A stretch of DNA of 64,000 nt from Actinomycetota bacterium (lineage in GTDB: Bacteria; Actinomycetota; Thermoleophilia; Miltoncostaeales; Miltoncostaeaceae): the NCBI GenBank assembly GCA_031372145.1, contig JANMKR010000176.1:1876-65875 (forward strand), written 5' to 3'. The translations under genes and the position numbers were made by a program. The notes beneath the pieces were generated by a model that was not told the origin of the DNA, did not search any database, and worked only from the letters and a program-made list of their open reading frames with translations. Of the stretch, positions 38,215 through 48,689 are shown piece by piece. The number at the start of each line of letters is the position of its first letter. Positions within the stretch are counted from its first letter, which is position 1.

Positions 38215-39350
38215 GGTCGGAACCCCTGACCGGTCAGGCGCCCGATGTCGTTGTTGAGTGCATAGACGAACAGCACCGCAAAGAGCGCGATGCCGATGAC
38301 CGAGGCGCGCTGGTAGACGGCGATGTTCATGCGTTTGCCGCGGAGGCGCTCGAAAAGCGCGAACACGATGTGCCCTCCATCGAGTGGCAAGAGCGGGATC
38401 AGGTTCATGATCGCCAGGATGAGGCTGATGATCCCGACGAACCGCATGATCGTACCGAAGCCCTCCTCGGCGAATTGGTTATACGTCGCGCCGATCCCGA
38501 CGACGCTCGAGACCTGCTTACGCGTCTCGCGATCGGTGAAGAGCTTGCCGAGTGCCTTGACCTGTTCCCGGGTGACGAACCAGGTGAAGCTTCCCGAAGC
38601 AGCCATTCCACCCACGACGCCGCGATGCACCGTTTCGACGCGTTGCTCGAACCCGAAGCGCAGTCGTCCGACTTTGGGATCTGTCTCATCAGGCACAGGA
38701 ACCGCCGCCACGGCCGGAAGCGGCTTACCGGCTCGTTCGTAGACGACCTGGACCGGCTTGCCGACGTTGCCTTCGATCTGGGGAAGGACCGATTCGGGGT
38801 TGTCCCCGACGACGCGGATCCCGTTGATCGAGAGGATCTTGTCGCCCGCCTTCACACCGGCGGCTGCAAGGGGTCCGTCCTGCTTGACCACCCCGACCGT
38901 ATTGGTCACCTGACCATCCACCGCCAGCGGCAGGCCGACCCAGAACGAGATGGTGAACGCAACCAGCGCAACCAGGACGTTGGCGACTGGACCCGCGAGG
39001 ATCGTCGCGACTTTCCGTGGCGTGGTGGCATTGCAGTAGGCACGTGCCTGAACCTCGGGTGGTTCGGGTGTTTCACTGATGACCGCGCCGGTCTGAGGAT
39101 CGTACTCGCGGCGAACCAGCTCATCGCGGGTCATCCCGGTGATCTTGACGTATCCGCCGATGGGGAGCCAGCCGACGCCATATTGGGTCTCACCGCGTGT
39201 GAACGACCACAGCGGTCGTCCCATGAAGACCGAGAAGCGTTCCACGCGCATGCCGCAGAGCTTTGCGACGATCATGTGGCCTGCCTCGTGCAACACGATC
39301 AACACGATCATGATCACGACGAACACGAGGATGTTGCCGACGCCACTCAT
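38211..39350 (-). CDS. rseP: Site-2 (M50) intramembrane zinc metalloprotease
   Basis: The real start ATG 39350 overlaps the dxr stop as ATGA. It has the [10 protein letters not shown] HExxH motif, a PDZ-like middle region and the C-terminal [13 protein letters not shown] motif. Confidence 0.85.
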   Translation of the reverse strand: MSGVGNILVFVVIMIVLIVLHEAGHMIVAKLCGMRVERFSVFMGRPLWSFTRGETQYGVGWLPIGGYVKITGMTRDELVRREYDPQTGAVISETPEPPEVQARAYCNATTPRKVATILAGPVANVLVALVAFTISFWVGLPLAVDGQVTNTVGVVKQDGPLAAAGVKAGDKILSINGIRVVGDNPESVLPQIEGNVGKPVQVVYERAGKPLPAVAAVPVPDETDPKVGRLRFGFEQRVETVHRGVVGGMAASGSFTWFVTREQVKALGKLFTDRETRKQVSSVVGIGATYNQFAEEGFGTIMRFVGIISLILAIMNLIPLLPLDGGHIVFALFERLRGKRMNIAVYQRASVIGIALFAVLFVYALNNDIGRLTGQGFRP

Positions 39351-40474
39351 GCGCGTACCGCCATCGCGTCCGAAGCATGGCGACGAGCCGTGTGGTCGGC
39401 GAACAGCACCGCCTCCAGCGAGTCCGCGGGACCGAGCGGCGTCTGGGACAGCGCGTGCTCGACGAGGACCGGGATATCGGTGAACCGGATCCGCCGCTCC
39501 AGGAAACCGGCGACGGCGACCTCGTTGGCCGCGTTCAGGACCGCCGGGGCAGTGCCGCCCTCGCGCCCGGCCAGACGTGCCAACGACAGGCACGGGAATG
39601 TCTGTTCATCGGCGGTTCCGAACTCCAGGGTCTTCCCGACGAGGTCGATTGGCGGTGCCTGTGGCGGTGCCTGGGGCCACCGCAACGCAAAACCGATCGG
39701 GACGCGCATGTCCGGGGGGCCGGCGTGCATCAGCACGCTGCCGTCGTCCATGCGCACCATCGCGTGGACGAACGACTGCGGGTGGAGTGCAACCTCGATG
39801 TCATCGTAGGCCAGGTCGAACAGGTGGTGCGCTTCGATGATCTCGAGTCCCTTGTTCATGAGCGTTGCCGAGTCAATCGTGATCTTGGCGCCCATGCTCC
39901 AGGTCGGATGGGCGAGCGCCTCGTCGACGCTCACGTCATCGAGTTGCTCGCGCGTCCGCCCCCGAAACGGCCCGCCCGATGCGGTCAGGACCGCTCGGTG
40001 CACGCGGTGGCGCGGAACGCCCGCGATCAGCTGGAACAGCGCGGAGTGTTCGGAGTCGACGGGGATCAGCGTGGCACCACTCTTCGCACGCACGGCCGCG
40101 ACGAGTTCACCGCCGACGACGAGGCTCTCTTTGTTGGCGAGCGCCACGGGGATTCCGCGTTCGAGCGCGGCGAGCGTCGGCCGCAGACCCGCCGCGCCGA
40201 CCAAGCCGTTGAGCACCAGATCCGGCTCGCTTGCATCGATGAGCGCCGCCAGATCCGGGTCGTACGGGACGGTACCGCCGCCGGCTTCCCCGCATGTCGC
40301 AGCAATGCCTCGGGTGTCGGCCTGCGCTGACATCTCGCTGACCCGACGCCCGCACGCCAGGCCACACGTGACGAGGTCATCAGCCCGGTCGATGACGTCA
40401 AGTGCCTGTACGCCGATGGACCCGGTCGAGCCGAGGACGAGAATCCGTTTCACACACGGATGGTAGCGGGGCAT
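39347..40474 (-). CDS. dxr: 1-deoxy-D-xylulose-5-phosphate reductoisomerase
   Basis: ILVLGSTGSIGVQALDV NADPH motif with typical Dxr sequence. The start is either ATG 40474 or GTG 40453. Confidence 0.95.
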   Translation of the reverse strand: MPRYHPCVKRILVLGSTGSIGVQALDVIDRADDLVTCGLACGRRVSEMSAQADTRGIAATCGEAGGGTVPYDPDLAALIDASEPDLVLNGLVGAAGLRPTLAALERGIPVALANKESLVVGGELVAAVRAKSGATLIPVDSEHSALFQLIAGVPRHRVHRAVLTASGGPFRGRTREQLDDVSVDEALAHPTWSMGAKITIDSATLMNKGLEIIEAHHLFDLAYDDIEVALHPQSFVHAMVRMDDGSVLMHAGPPDMRVPIGFALRWPQAPPQAPPIDLVGKTLEFGTADEQTFPCLSLARLAGREGGTAPAVLNAANEVAVAGFLERRIRFTDIPVLVEHALSQTPLGPADSLEAVLFADHTARRHASDAMAVRA

Positions 40475-41163
40475 TCCCTCGAGTCGCCGCCCCCTGGGCG
40501 CAGGACGGTATCGTCAGGGGCATGTTCGAGCGGTCCACGACGGCGCAGGTAAGGTGCGGTGCCGGCACGCGACGAGCCCCGCACCCATTGCCACCTGCAC
40601 AGCGGGTCACAGCACCTCGTCCTTGGCCTGCTGCGCCAGGCACCCCGGGATCGCCGGCCAGCGGATGACCGATGGTTGATCGAGACGTTTCAGCATCCGC
40701 GCCTGAGCCGATCCCAGGGAGCCATCCGGTACGTGCGATGGCAAGCAACCCGGCCAACATGCGCTTCGCGCGACACCGTGACCTGCTCGCGCGCTGGCCG
40801 ATCCTCGACGAAGCATGGGCCCGGGCGATCGAGCGGAACCGCGTCGCCTCGGTCGACCGGACGCCGGGCCCAGCGACGTTCGGCCGCTGAGACCGCCTCC
40901 GCCCACCAAATCGTCGGCAATGCCCGGCAGCGCGGGCGCAAACTGCCATTTGGCTGTCTGCGCGGCCAATTGTTACATCGCGCATGTGAGTGTTGTGACG
41001 CGATTGGCACAAATCGGTGTAGCGCTGTAACGGGTTCTGGGTGGAGCATCTGATTCATGCCAAACGGGTCATGCATATATGACGAAGCCAGTTGTCGTCC
41101 CTCGGATCGACTCTGCGGTTGGTCCCGGCGCCGGGTGGATTGCGCAGCTGGGGACGTGGCGGG

Positions 41164-41823
41164 ATGAGTAGGCGGCGTGAACGGGGTGCGTCCCGTCCGC
41201 TTGAGGGAGCTCCGTACTCCGACTCACCGGTGCCGCAGGAGCGGAACTTCCCGCCTTGCGCACTCTGTGGTCATCGCGGCGACGCCGACCGGGTGCGACA
41301 CCACCTGACGCACGGGCTCGTTGTGTGGTTGTGCCACGCGCATCGAAGCGAGGCGTTCTTGACACGACGGTCCGGACACGAGTTCACCGAACGGCTCTCC
41401 GCCGTGTGGGCCGCGTCTGGCGTGCTTACGGTTCGTCGGCGTGAGGCACTCACGGCGCACCTCCGCGCGGTTCACCAGGCGACGTTCAGCGCTCCGAAAC
41501 CAGGTTCATATTCATGGCCGCAACTGCGTCGCGAAGCGGAACGGCGGTTCGCCGCGGGTGACCCGCCCGCGCAGGTGATCGCCGAACTTCGTCAGAACCA
41601 CCGCGACGGTCCCGCGATGGTGCCGTCTGTTCGCACCATGCGTCGCTGGTTCACACAAGCGCGCTGGCTGGAAACCGCTCCGACCAAGCAACGCATGCAG
41701 TCCCGGCACACCGTGCCACCCAGACGCTCGGCATCGCCCTGGCAACCGTTCGTCGACCTGATCATCACCGGCGTCGCGTACCCCACGCCACCGCGCCCAC
41801 GCCACCTGCCCCGAGGGCCGTGA
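41164..41823 (+). CDS. Hypothetical Cys/His-containing protein
   Basis: Part of ORF 41092..41823. It contains PPCALCGHRGD...VVWLCHAHRS, a possible zinc site. It uses more A/T-ending codons than neighbouring core genes. I recognise no family. Confidence 0.4.
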   Translation: MSRRRERGASRPLEGAPYSDSPVPQERNFPPCALCGHRGDADRVRHHLTHGLVVWLCHAHRSEAFLTRRSGHEFTERLSAVWAASGVLTVRRREALTAHLRAVHQATFSAPKPGSYSWPQLRREAERRFAAGDPPAQVIAELRQNHRDGPAMVPSVRTMRRWFTQARWLETAPTKQRMQSRHTVPPRRSASPWQPFVDLIITGVAYPTPPRPRHLPRGP

Positions 41824-41856
41824 CACCCGTTGAAGTGATCGTCACCGGTTGATCCT

Positions 41857-42750
41857 CTAGACGAGCCAAATCGTGGCGAAGTACCCGGCCATGGCGGTGA
41901 ACAGCATCGCGTCGAAGCGATCCAATACGCCTCCGTGCGCGCCGAGCAGGCGCCCCGAGTCCTTGACGTCGATGTCGCGCTTGATCATTGACTCGAACAG
42001 ATCGCCAACGTAGGCGGACGCACAAAGGATGAGACCGAGCATCAACGACTGCCAGTAGTCGATCCAATCCATGTAGAGACCAGCCACCCAGACCGCGACG
42101 GTTCCGCCGACGATGCCGCCGATGAACCCCTCGACCGTCTTGTTGGGCGAGGTGCGCGGCGCGATCGGATGCGAGCCCCACATCTTCCCCGCGAAATAGG
42201 AGCACGTGTCGAACGCCCACGTCCCGACCAGGATGTTGGCGATCGCACCGGCGCCGTTCGGCAGCTCGCGGGTCGCGACGAACAGCCCCAACGGGACGCC
42301 CAGGTAGACCGCACCGAACACGCTCAGCGCCATCCGGATCGTCACCTCTTGGCGGTGCTTCAGAATCAGGCCCGCGATCGCACTGAGCACCACCGAGATT
42401 CCGACTCCGAGCGCAACGGCCCGCTCAGCCGGGTCGATCAGCGACGGCAGGACCACCGTCGCGACCGTTCCGGCAAACGCCGCCCACCGCAGGGGCACGA
42501 TCTCGGCGACAAGGTTGAGGTACTCGTAGACGCCGACCAAGGCGATCGCGAGCGCCATTGCGACGAACACGGGCCCACCGACGTACACGACGACGATGGC
42601 GAGCACGATCCCGGGAATCGCAACGGCAATCCGGTTGCCCACGCCCGCCCCGTCTAGTGGTCCGACACCGAAATAACACGGGGTTTCGCGCGGCTGCGAG
42701 CGTCGCGATACGGCGTCCTCGGCATGGCAAATACTCCCGGTATTCGCCAC
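41857..42750 (-). CDS. cdsA: Phosphatidate cytidylyltransferase
   Basis: CdsA signature GDLFESMIKRDIDVKDSGRLLGAHGGVLDRFDAMLF in a multi-TM protein. The start is uncertain. Confidence 0.85.
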   Translation of the reverse strand: MANTGSICHAEDAVSRRSQPRETPCYFGVGPLDGAGVGNRIAVAIPGIVLAIVVVYVGGPVFVAMALAIALVGVYEYLNLVAEIVPLRWAAFAGTVATVVLPSLIDPAERAVALGVGISVVLSAIAGLILKHRQEVTIRMALSVFGAVYLGVPLGLFVATRELPNGAGAIANILVGTWAFDTCSYFAGKMWGSHPIAPRTSPNKTVEGFIGGIVGGTVAVWVAGLYMDWIDYWQSLMLGLILCASAYVGDLFESMIKRDIDVKDSGRLLGAHGGVLDRFDAMLFTAMAGYFATIWLV

Positions 42751-42817
42751 GGCCTGCGTCCACCGTCCCGTTCGCTCTCGCTCACGCGAAACAGCCGGTC
42801 ATTTGCGTGTCGAACCA

Positions 42818-43582
42818 CTAGCGCGCCCCGAAGCGCCGCTGGCAACCCGCATAGTGGGCCAGCGCCGCGTCGAGGTCATCCGGCGTGAAATCCGGCCACA
42901 GCCGATCACAAAAGTACAACTCCGCATACGCCGCCTGCCAGAGCAGAAAGTTGGACAAGCGCTGCTCACCGCTCGTGCGGATCACCAGCTCGGGGTCGCG
43001 CAGGTCGGCGTCATAGAGGAACCGTCCGAACTCCTCCTCGCCGGCATCGGGTCCCGTCTCGGCGACAAACCGGCGGGCCGCGTCCAGGATCTCACCCCGG
43101 CCCCCGTAGTTCATCGCCACGAACAGGTTGAGCCCTGTGTTTCCGGCGGTACGCTCCTGCGACCACGCGATGCGGGTCTGCAACTCCTGAGGCAACCCGT
43201 CGAGGCGACCGATGAACCGCATCCGCACGTTCTCGGCATCCAGCTCGTTGGTTTCACGGTCGATGAGCTCGATGAACAGGCCCAGCAGGTCGACGACCTC
43301 CGGTTCCGGACGTGACCAGTTCTCGGTCGAGAACGAGAACACCGTCAGATCCTCGATACCGGCGTCGCTCGCAGCCCGCACCACGCGCTTGAGGGCCTGG
43401 GCACCGGCACGATGGCCCGCGGCGACGGGCAACCGCCTGCGCTGCGCCCAGCGGGCATTGCCGTCCATGATGATCGCGACCGAGACCGGAACGTCGCGCG
43501 ACACACCGGGGTCGCGCGCCTCTTCACCGCTCTTGAGACGCAGCAGCGCCCGGGCCGAGCGCCAACGCGTGCGAAACGTCAT
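42818..43582 (-). CDS. uppS: Isoprenyl (undecaprenyl) diphosphate synthase
   Basis: Motifs AIIMDGNARWA and ...FLLWQAAYAELYF are present. 254 aa. Confidence 0.95.
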   Translation of the reverse strand: MTFRTRWRSARALLRLKSGEEARDPGVSRDVPVSVAIIMDGNARWAQRRRLPVAAGHRAGAQALKRVVRAASDAGIEDLTVFSFSTENWSRPEPEVVDLLGLFIELIDRETNELDAENVRMRFIGRLDGLPQELQTRIAWSQERTAGNTGLNLFVAMNYGGRGEILDAARRFVAETGPDAGEEEFGRFLYDADLRDPELVIRTSGEQRLSNFLLWQAAYAELYFCDRLWPDFTPDDLDAALAHYAGCQRRFGAR

Positions 43583-43603
43583 CGGCCGCTCGGCTGTGCC
43601 GAA

Positions 43604-44158
43604 TCAGATCGCAAGAATCTCCGCTTCCTTCTTTGCCATCGCCGCATCGATCGACTTGACCTCACCATCGGTCAGCTTCTGCACCTCGTCCTGGACCCGC
43701 GATGCCTCGTCCTTGGAGACATCCCCGTCCTTTTCGCGCCGCTTCACATCGTTGAGGGTGTCACGCCGGACGTTGCGCACAGCGATGCGGGCGTCTTCGG
43801 CCATCTTGTGGACGAGCTTGACGTACTCCTTGCGCCGCTCCTCAGTCAGATCTGGGATCGGCAGGCGGATCATCTGTCCATCGTTGGACGGGGTCAGCCC
43901 GAGCTGGGCCTCCATGAGCGCTTTTTCGATCACCTTCATCAGGGTCTTGTCGAAGGGCTGGACCGTCAACAGGCGGGCCTCCGGGGCATGAATCGTCGCG
44001 ACCTGGTTGAGCGGCATGTCAGAACCGTAGGCCGCGACGGTGACCCGGTCCAGCAGGTGCGTTGACGCGCGACCGGTACGCACGCTCGCGAACTCGGCCT
44101 CCAGGCTCTTGAGGGCGCCCTCCATCCGGCGCTTCGCGTCTGCAATCAGCTCCTTCAT
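43604..44158 (-). CDS. frr: Ribosome recycling factor
   Basis: 184 aa with typical Frr sequence ([21 protein letters not shown]...). Confidence 0.95.
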   Translation of the reverse strand: MKELIADAKRRMEGALKSLEAEFASVRTGRASTHLLDRVTVAAYGSDMPLNQVATIHAPEARLLTVQPFDKTLMKVIEKALMEAQLGLTPSNDGQMIRLPIPDLTEERRKEYVKLVHKMAEDARIAVRNVRRDTLNDVKRREKDGDVSKDEASRVQDEVQKLTDGEVKSIDAAMAKKEAEILAI

Positions 44159-44946
44159 TTTGCCTCCCCGTCGCCGCTTGCGACGATCGTGCCGATGTGC
44201 TCGCCGGCCAGGATGCGCGCGACGTTGCGCTCATCCGCCATGTTGAACACCATGATCGGCAGGTCGTTGTCCATGCAGAGGGTCAGGGCCGTCGTATCCA
44301 TGACCTTGAGGCCGCGCTCGATGGCCTCCATATGGGTGATGTTGGGGATCAGCTGCGCTGCGGGATCTTCACGCGGGTCGCGATCCAGCACGCCCTCGAC
44401 GTTGTTCTTGGCCATCAAGATGCACTCTGCACCGATCTCGAGCGCCCGGAGCGCCGCGGTCGTGTCCGTGGTGAAAAACGGGTTGCCGGTACCACCCGCG
44501 AAAATCACCACGCGTTGCTTTTCGAGATGGCGGATCGCCCGACGGCGGATGTACGGCTCCGCAACCTCCTGGATGGCGATGGCCGATTGCACACGCGTCG
44601 GTACCCCGACCTTCTCAAGCGCGTCCTGGATCGACAGGGCGTTGAGGACCGTCGCGATCATCCCCATGTAGTCCGCCGTCGCACGGTCCATCCCACGCGA
44701 CGCGCCGGCCACCCCCCGGAAGATGTTGCCCGCGCCAACGACGATCGCGATCTCGGCGCCCATGGCGATCGCCTCACGCACCTGACGGGCGATGGCGCCG
44801 ACGCGCTCCGGATCGATGCCGTAGGTACGCTCGCCCAGCAGCGCCTCACCGGAGAGTTTGAGCACGACGCGGCGATACACGCTGCGCCCCTCGGGGGTCG
44901 CGACGACCGATGGCGTGCCGATGGGTGTGTTACCCGCCGAGCTCAT
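44155..44946 (-). CDS. pyrH: UMP kinase
   Basis: The real start is probably ATG 44946 (MSSAGN...[13 protein letters not shown]), which overlaps the tsf stop by 17 nt. Motifs [12 protein letters not shown] and [17 protein letters not shown] are present. Confidence 0.9.
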   Translation of the reverse strand: MSSAGNTPIGTPSVVATPEGRSVYRRVVLKLSGEALLGERTYGIDPERVGAIARQVREAIAMGAEIAIVVGAGNIFRGVAGASRGMDRATADYMGMIATVLNALSIQDALEKVGVPTRVQSAIAIQEVAEPYIRRRAIRHLEKQRVVIFAGGTGNPFFTTDTTAALRALEIGAECILMAKNNVEGVLDRDPREDPAAQLIPNITHMEAIERGLKVMDTTALTLCMDNDLPIMVFNMADERNVARILAGEHIGTIVASGDGEAK

Positions 44947-45538
44947 ACCGTACGAATCGCCGGATTGTGATGTTCTCCTTGAGCCGCGAGGACACCTCCG
45001 CGCGAAGTTCCTCGATCGTGCGCGCCTTCTTCTCGTTCTGGTCGCGGACGAACTCCTGGTCGAGCAGCGCGATCTCTTTGAGGTGTTTGGTGAGCTTGCC
45101 CTCGACGGCCTTGTGGCGGAACTTCTCGTCAACGTCCTCCGCCTGCGCCAGGTAGACCGCCCGCTCCCGCTCCTTGTACTCATCGGACACGTCGTCCGAC
45201 GATACGAACTTCGGGTTCATTGCGGCGATGTGCAGCGCCAGATCGTGGACGAACGTGGTGAAGTCGTCGCTGAGGGCGACGAAGTCGGTCTCACAGTTGA
45301 CTTCGACCAACACGCCAACGCGTCCACCCGTGTGGATGTAGCTGTCGACGATGCCCTCGCGGGCCTCACGGCCCGACCGCTTGGCGGCGTCCGCCGCACC
45401 CTTGATGCGCAGCAGATCGGTGGCCTGCTCGATGTCGCCACCGGCCTCGACCAGGGCGCCCTTGCAGTCCATCATGCCGGCGCCGGTGCGGTCGCGCAGC
45501 GCCTTGACCTCCTTCGCGGAGGGCTGGTACTCGCTCAC
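44930..45538 (-). CDS. tsf: Elongation factor Ts (short form)
   Basis: [32 protein letters not shown] is the UBA-like N-terminus typical of EF-Ts. 202 aa. Confidence 0.9.
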   Translation of the reverse strand: MSEYQPSAKEVKALRDRTGAGMMDCKGALVEAGGDIEQATDLLRIKGAADAAKRSGREAREGIVDSYIHTGGRVGVLVEVNCETDFVALSDDFTTFVHDLALHIAAMNPKFVSSDDVSDEYKERERAVYLAQAEDVDEKFRHKAVEGKLTKHLKEIALLDQEFVRDQNEKKARTIEELRAEVSSRLKENITIRRFVRYELGG

Positions 45539-46521
45539 GCGTTGTGCTCCTGATCTTCGGTTGCGGTTTCGGTTGCGTTCTCAGCAGGCGCCTCGGGCGC
45601 GACGGGCAGCGCGACGGTTTCTGGAGCAGGCACACTCGGCGCGACCGGCGCAGCGGGTACTTCGGCCTGTGGTTCGGCGGCAACGGGGGCAGGCGCGATC
45701 GGCGCAGCCTCGACAACCGGTGCGGGTGTGGCCGCAGCCACCGGCGCGACGGGTGCCGGTGCAGCGGGCGCCGCAGCCGGCGGGTCGGCAGCGACCGGAG
45801 CGATGGCGGGCTCCGCGTCAGTTCCGTCCGGCTCAGGCGCGACAAAGCCACGGCTGTCGGCGAGCCCCTGAGCGAGCGCACCGAGGATCAGGTTGCACGA
45901 CCGGATGGCATCGTCGTTGCCCGGAATCACGTACGTCGCCTCGTCCGGATCGCAGTTGGTGTCGACCAGGCCGATGACCGGGATGCCCAGACGATTGGCC
46001 TCGCGGACACCAATGGCCTCACGCTTGAGGTCGACGACGACGATCGCATCCGGCAGGCGCTGCATTTCGGAGACGCCGCCCAGGTTGGTCTCGAGCTTCA
46101 AGAGCTCGGCTTCAGCGGACAGCCGCTCACGCGTCGGAAGCAGATCCAGCTGGCCCTCGATCTTCTGACGGCGAAGCTCGTGCAGCCGCTTGATCCGGTC
46201 GGCCATGGTCACCCAGTTGGTCAGCAGGCCGCCGAGCCAGCGGTGGTTGACGTACGGCATGCCACAGCGCTTGGCCTGGTCACGCACCGCGTCCTGGCAC
46301 TGCTTCTTCGTGCCGACGAACATGACGGTCCCGCCCCGGGCACCGATGTTGCGCACGAAGTCGACCGACTCTCTCAGCAGCTCCAGCGTCTGCATCAGGT
46401 CGATGATGTAGATGCCTGCGCGCTCTCCGAAGATGTAGCGCTTCATCTTGGGATTCCAGCGGCGGGTCTGGTGTCCGAAGTGCACTCCGGACTCCAGGAG
46501 TTGTTTCATGGTGACGGGCAC
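45535..46521 (-). CDS. rpsB: 30S ribosomal protein S2 with an Ala/Pro-rich C-terminal tail
   Basis: [27 protein letters not shown] is a canonical S2 N-terminus. The last 100 aa or so are a low-complexity A/P/V/E tail. Confidence 0.95.
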   Translation of the reverse strand: MPVTMKQLLESGVHFGHQTRRWNPKMKRYIFGERAGIYIIDLMQTLELLRESVDFVRNIGARGGTVMFVGTKKQCQDAVRDQAKRCGMPYVNHRWLGGLLTNWVTMADRIKRLHELRRQKIEGQLDLLPTRERLSAEAELLKLETNLGGVSEMQRLPDAIVVVDLKREAIGVREANRLGIPVIGLVDTNCDPDEATYVIPGNDDAIRSCNLILGALAQGLADSRGFVAPEPDGTDAEPAIAPVAADPPAAAPAAPAPVAPVAAATPAPVVEAAPIAPAPVAAEPQAEVPAAPVAPSVPAPETVALPVAPEAPAENATETATEDQEHNA

Positions 46522-46644
46522 GGTGGCTCCTCATTCGGTTGTGTGTCGAAACGATCCGGCGTGCGTTCCGGTGGAACCATCGACGTGATGGCACCGACCA
46601 CCGGCCGGCGTCGCCGGGGTATGGGTTGACGGGCGTCGCGCATC

Positions 46645-47571
46645 CTAGCGGTCCGGAGGGTGCTCCTGGGTCAATCCGTCGAGAACGTCCGCCAAGTCCT
46701 GGGGCAGTTGGCTCTCGACCTCGATCTGCTCGCCAGTCTCCGGGTGCGGGAACGACAGGCGCCACGCGTGCAGAAACTGCCGCGTCAAGTCGAACTCCTG
46801 GCCACGTCGGCCGTAGACCGGATCCCCGACCACCGGGAACCCGGCGGCCTCCAAATGCACACGGATCTGGTGTGTGCGGCCGGTGTCCAGGCGTGCCTCC
46901 AGCAGGCTGTGCCGCGGGTATGCGCTGACGCGACGGAAATGGGTCCGCGCCTCGCGTGGGCGATCGCTCTGCGTCGACATGCGCGTCCGGTTGCGCCGGT
47001 CGCGCCCAACCGGGCGATCCACCGTCAGGGCAGGCGGGAACTGCCCGTGTACGAGCACCAGATATCGCCGGTCGATCAGGCGCTCATTCAGCATGCGCTG
47101 CAGCCGCCGGTGGGAACGATCGCTCTTGGCCACCACCAGCAGACCACTCGTATCGCGGTCCAGGCGGTGCACGATACCGGGGCGCTCCGTATCGCCTCCG
47201 GTGATTCCATGCGCAAGCAACCCGTGGACGAGCGTGCCGGACTCGTGTCCCTTGCTCGGATGCGTGACAACACCCGCAGGCTTGTCGACGACGACGAGGA
47301 CAGCGTCCTCGTAGCGCACCGTCAGCGGAACATCCTGTGGGGTCAGGCCCGATGGCGGCCGCGGGATGAGCTCGATGACACACCGCTCGCCTGCTGCGAC
47401 CGCCCTGCGTTTGGTGACGGTCTCACCATCGATCAGCACCCGCCCCGCGGTGATCAGCCGTTGGGCCTCTGCCCGGCTTCCCACCTGCGGCACCGCCCCG
47501 ACGACCACGTCCACCCTGCGACCGGCGGCGCCGGCGTCCACGATGAGCTCGACGGTCTCGTGACCGGTCAC
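46645..47571 (-). CDS. rluD: RluA-family 23S rRNA pseudouridine synthase
   Basis: S4-like N-terminus and the catalytic motif HRLDRDTSGLLVVAK. 308 aa. Confidence 0.85.
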   Translation of the reverse strand: MTGHETVELIVDAGAAGRRVDVVVGAVPQVGSRAEAQRLITAGRVLIDGETVTKRRAVAAGERCVIELIPRPPSGLTPQDVPLTVRYEDAVLVVVDKPAGVVTHPSKGHESGTLVHGLLAHGITGGDTERPGIVHRLDRDTSGLLVVAKSDRSHRRLQRMLNERLIDRRYLVLVHGQFPPALTVDRPVGRDRRNRTRMSTQSDRPREARTHFRRVSAYPRHSLLEARLDTGRTHQIRVHLEAAGFPVVGDPVYGRRGQEFDLTRQFLHAWRLSFPHPETGEQIEVESQLPQDLADVLDGLTQEHPPDR

Positions 47572-48095
47572 TCCTGCCCGCCGGCGCGCAGCAGACCGAG
47601 CGCGATGATCACGGCTCCGACGACGATGCCGACATCTGCGACGTTGAACGCCGGCCAGGCCGGTGGGTCGATGAAGTCCGTCACGCCACCGTGCATCAAG
47701 CGATCCAGGAGATTGCCGACGCTGCCGCCGACCAGCAAACCACCGCCGAACGCGACGGTCACGCTCTGGCGGGCCAGCCGGATCAACGCCCCTGCGATGA
47801 TGGCCAACGCAACGACGGTCAACGTGGCGACGACGGCACGGTTGCCGGGAAAGAAGCCGAACGCGATCCCCTCGTTGCGCGCTCGGACCAAGCTGACGCC
47901 GAAGACCAGGTCGATGCGCTCACCCGGGTCGATGCCGGCGCGAACGATGATCTTGGTCGCTTGGTCGACGGCGAACGTCGCGATGGCGGCGCAGCCAAAC
48001 CAGAACCCACGCCGGCGGGCCGCACGACGATACCGACGGCCCTCGGCCTGGTCGACCGCATCACGGATCGGGCGGACCTTCAGCTCGTCGCTCAT
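47568..48095 (-). CDS. lspA: Lipoprotein signal peptidase II
   Basis: The real start ATG 48095 overlaps the DUF167 stop as ATGA. Motifs NEGIAFGF and NLLDRL...GVTDFI...FNVAD are present. Confidence 0.85.
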   Translation of the reverse strand: MSDELKVRPIRDAVDQAEGRRYRRAARRRGFWFGCAAIATFAVDQATKIIVRAGIDPGERIDLVFGVSLVRARNEGIAFGFFPGNRAVVATLTVVALAIIAGALIRLARQSVTVAFGGGLLVGGSVGNLLDRLMHGGVTDFIDPPAWPAFNVADVGIVVGAVIIALGLLRAGGQE

Positions 48096-48439
48096 CGGAC
48101 GTTCCCCTCGATCGCACCGAATCGACTCACGAGTCGCGCCACGATCTGGGCCGGGTCTCCATCGAGCACAATCAGCTTGCGCGCGCCACCCGACCCCCGC
48201 CGAACCGATGCGGCATTGGGACGGATGCCGGCCGCCTCGGCGAGATATGCGCACAACGCGGCGTTGGACTGGCCGTCGTGCGGGGCTGCGGCGATCTGCA
48301 CGCGCAGCCGGCCATCCTGGACCCCAACCGCCTGGGTCGTTCGCGCGCGCGGCACGGCTTTGACCTCGACCGTCACCCCGTCGCCGTGTGTCGACAACCA
48401 GTCAGGCAGGTCCGGCGAGTCAGCCAATGAGGTTGACAA
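48092..48439 (-). CDS. DUF167 (YggU-like) protein
   Basis: GVTVEVKAVPRARTTQAVGVQDGRLRVQIAAAPHDGQSNAALCAYLAE is typical of DUF167, and the neighbourhood matches (yggT upstream). Confidence 0.7.
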   Translation of the reverse strand: MSTSLADSPDLPDWLSTHGDGVTVEVKAVPRARTTQAVGVQDGRLRVQIAAAPHDGQSNAALCAYLAEAAGIRPNAASVRRGSGGARKLIVLDGDPAQIVARLVSRFGAIEGNVR

Positions 48440-48686
48440 CGAGGCGCTGGGCGATGAGCAACACGATCAGGGCGACCATCGGTGACAAATCGAGCGGACC
48501 CACCGGCGGAATCATGCGACGGAAGAAGTTGAGGTACCACCCGGTGGTGTCGTGGAAGAACTGAACCACCGCCTGCGACCACTGTCGCATCGGGGCGATC
48601 GTGACCCACGACATCAGGATGCGCACGAGGATGCACAGCTGGAAGACGAGGAACAGCGAGTTGACCCAGGTCGCGACGTGCTGCAT
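48420..48686 (-). CDS. yggT: YggT-family membrane protein
   Basis: An 88-aa two-TM protein (FQLCILVRILMSWV...DLSPMVALIVLLI) in the usual sepF-yggT context. Confidence 0.75.
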   Translation of the reverse strand: MQHVATWVNSLFLVFQLCILVRILMSWVTIAPMRQWSQAVVQFFHDTTGWYLNFFRRMIPPVGPLDLSPMVALIVLLIAQRLVVNLIG

Positions 48687-48689
48687 CCG

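Noticed and set aside
40475-41163. Overlapping ORFs 40398..41012 minus, 40559..41053 plus, 40607..40969 minus, 40672..40890 plus and 40690..41076 minus as genes or as an rlmN remnant.
   Set aside because: The translations are Arg/Pro/Ser-rich with no radical-SAM CxxxCxxC or other motifs. No frame stands out and none has a convincing RBS. The region is left unannotated, but is reported as a synteny break in the findings.
45535-45840. The Ala/Pro/Val-rich 100-aa tail of ribosomal protein S2 as a separate feature or repeat.
   Set aside because: It is in frame with rpsB and lacks exact nucleotide repeats. Low-complexity C-terminal extensions of S2 occur in high-GC Gram-positive bacteria, so it is noted but not unusual.
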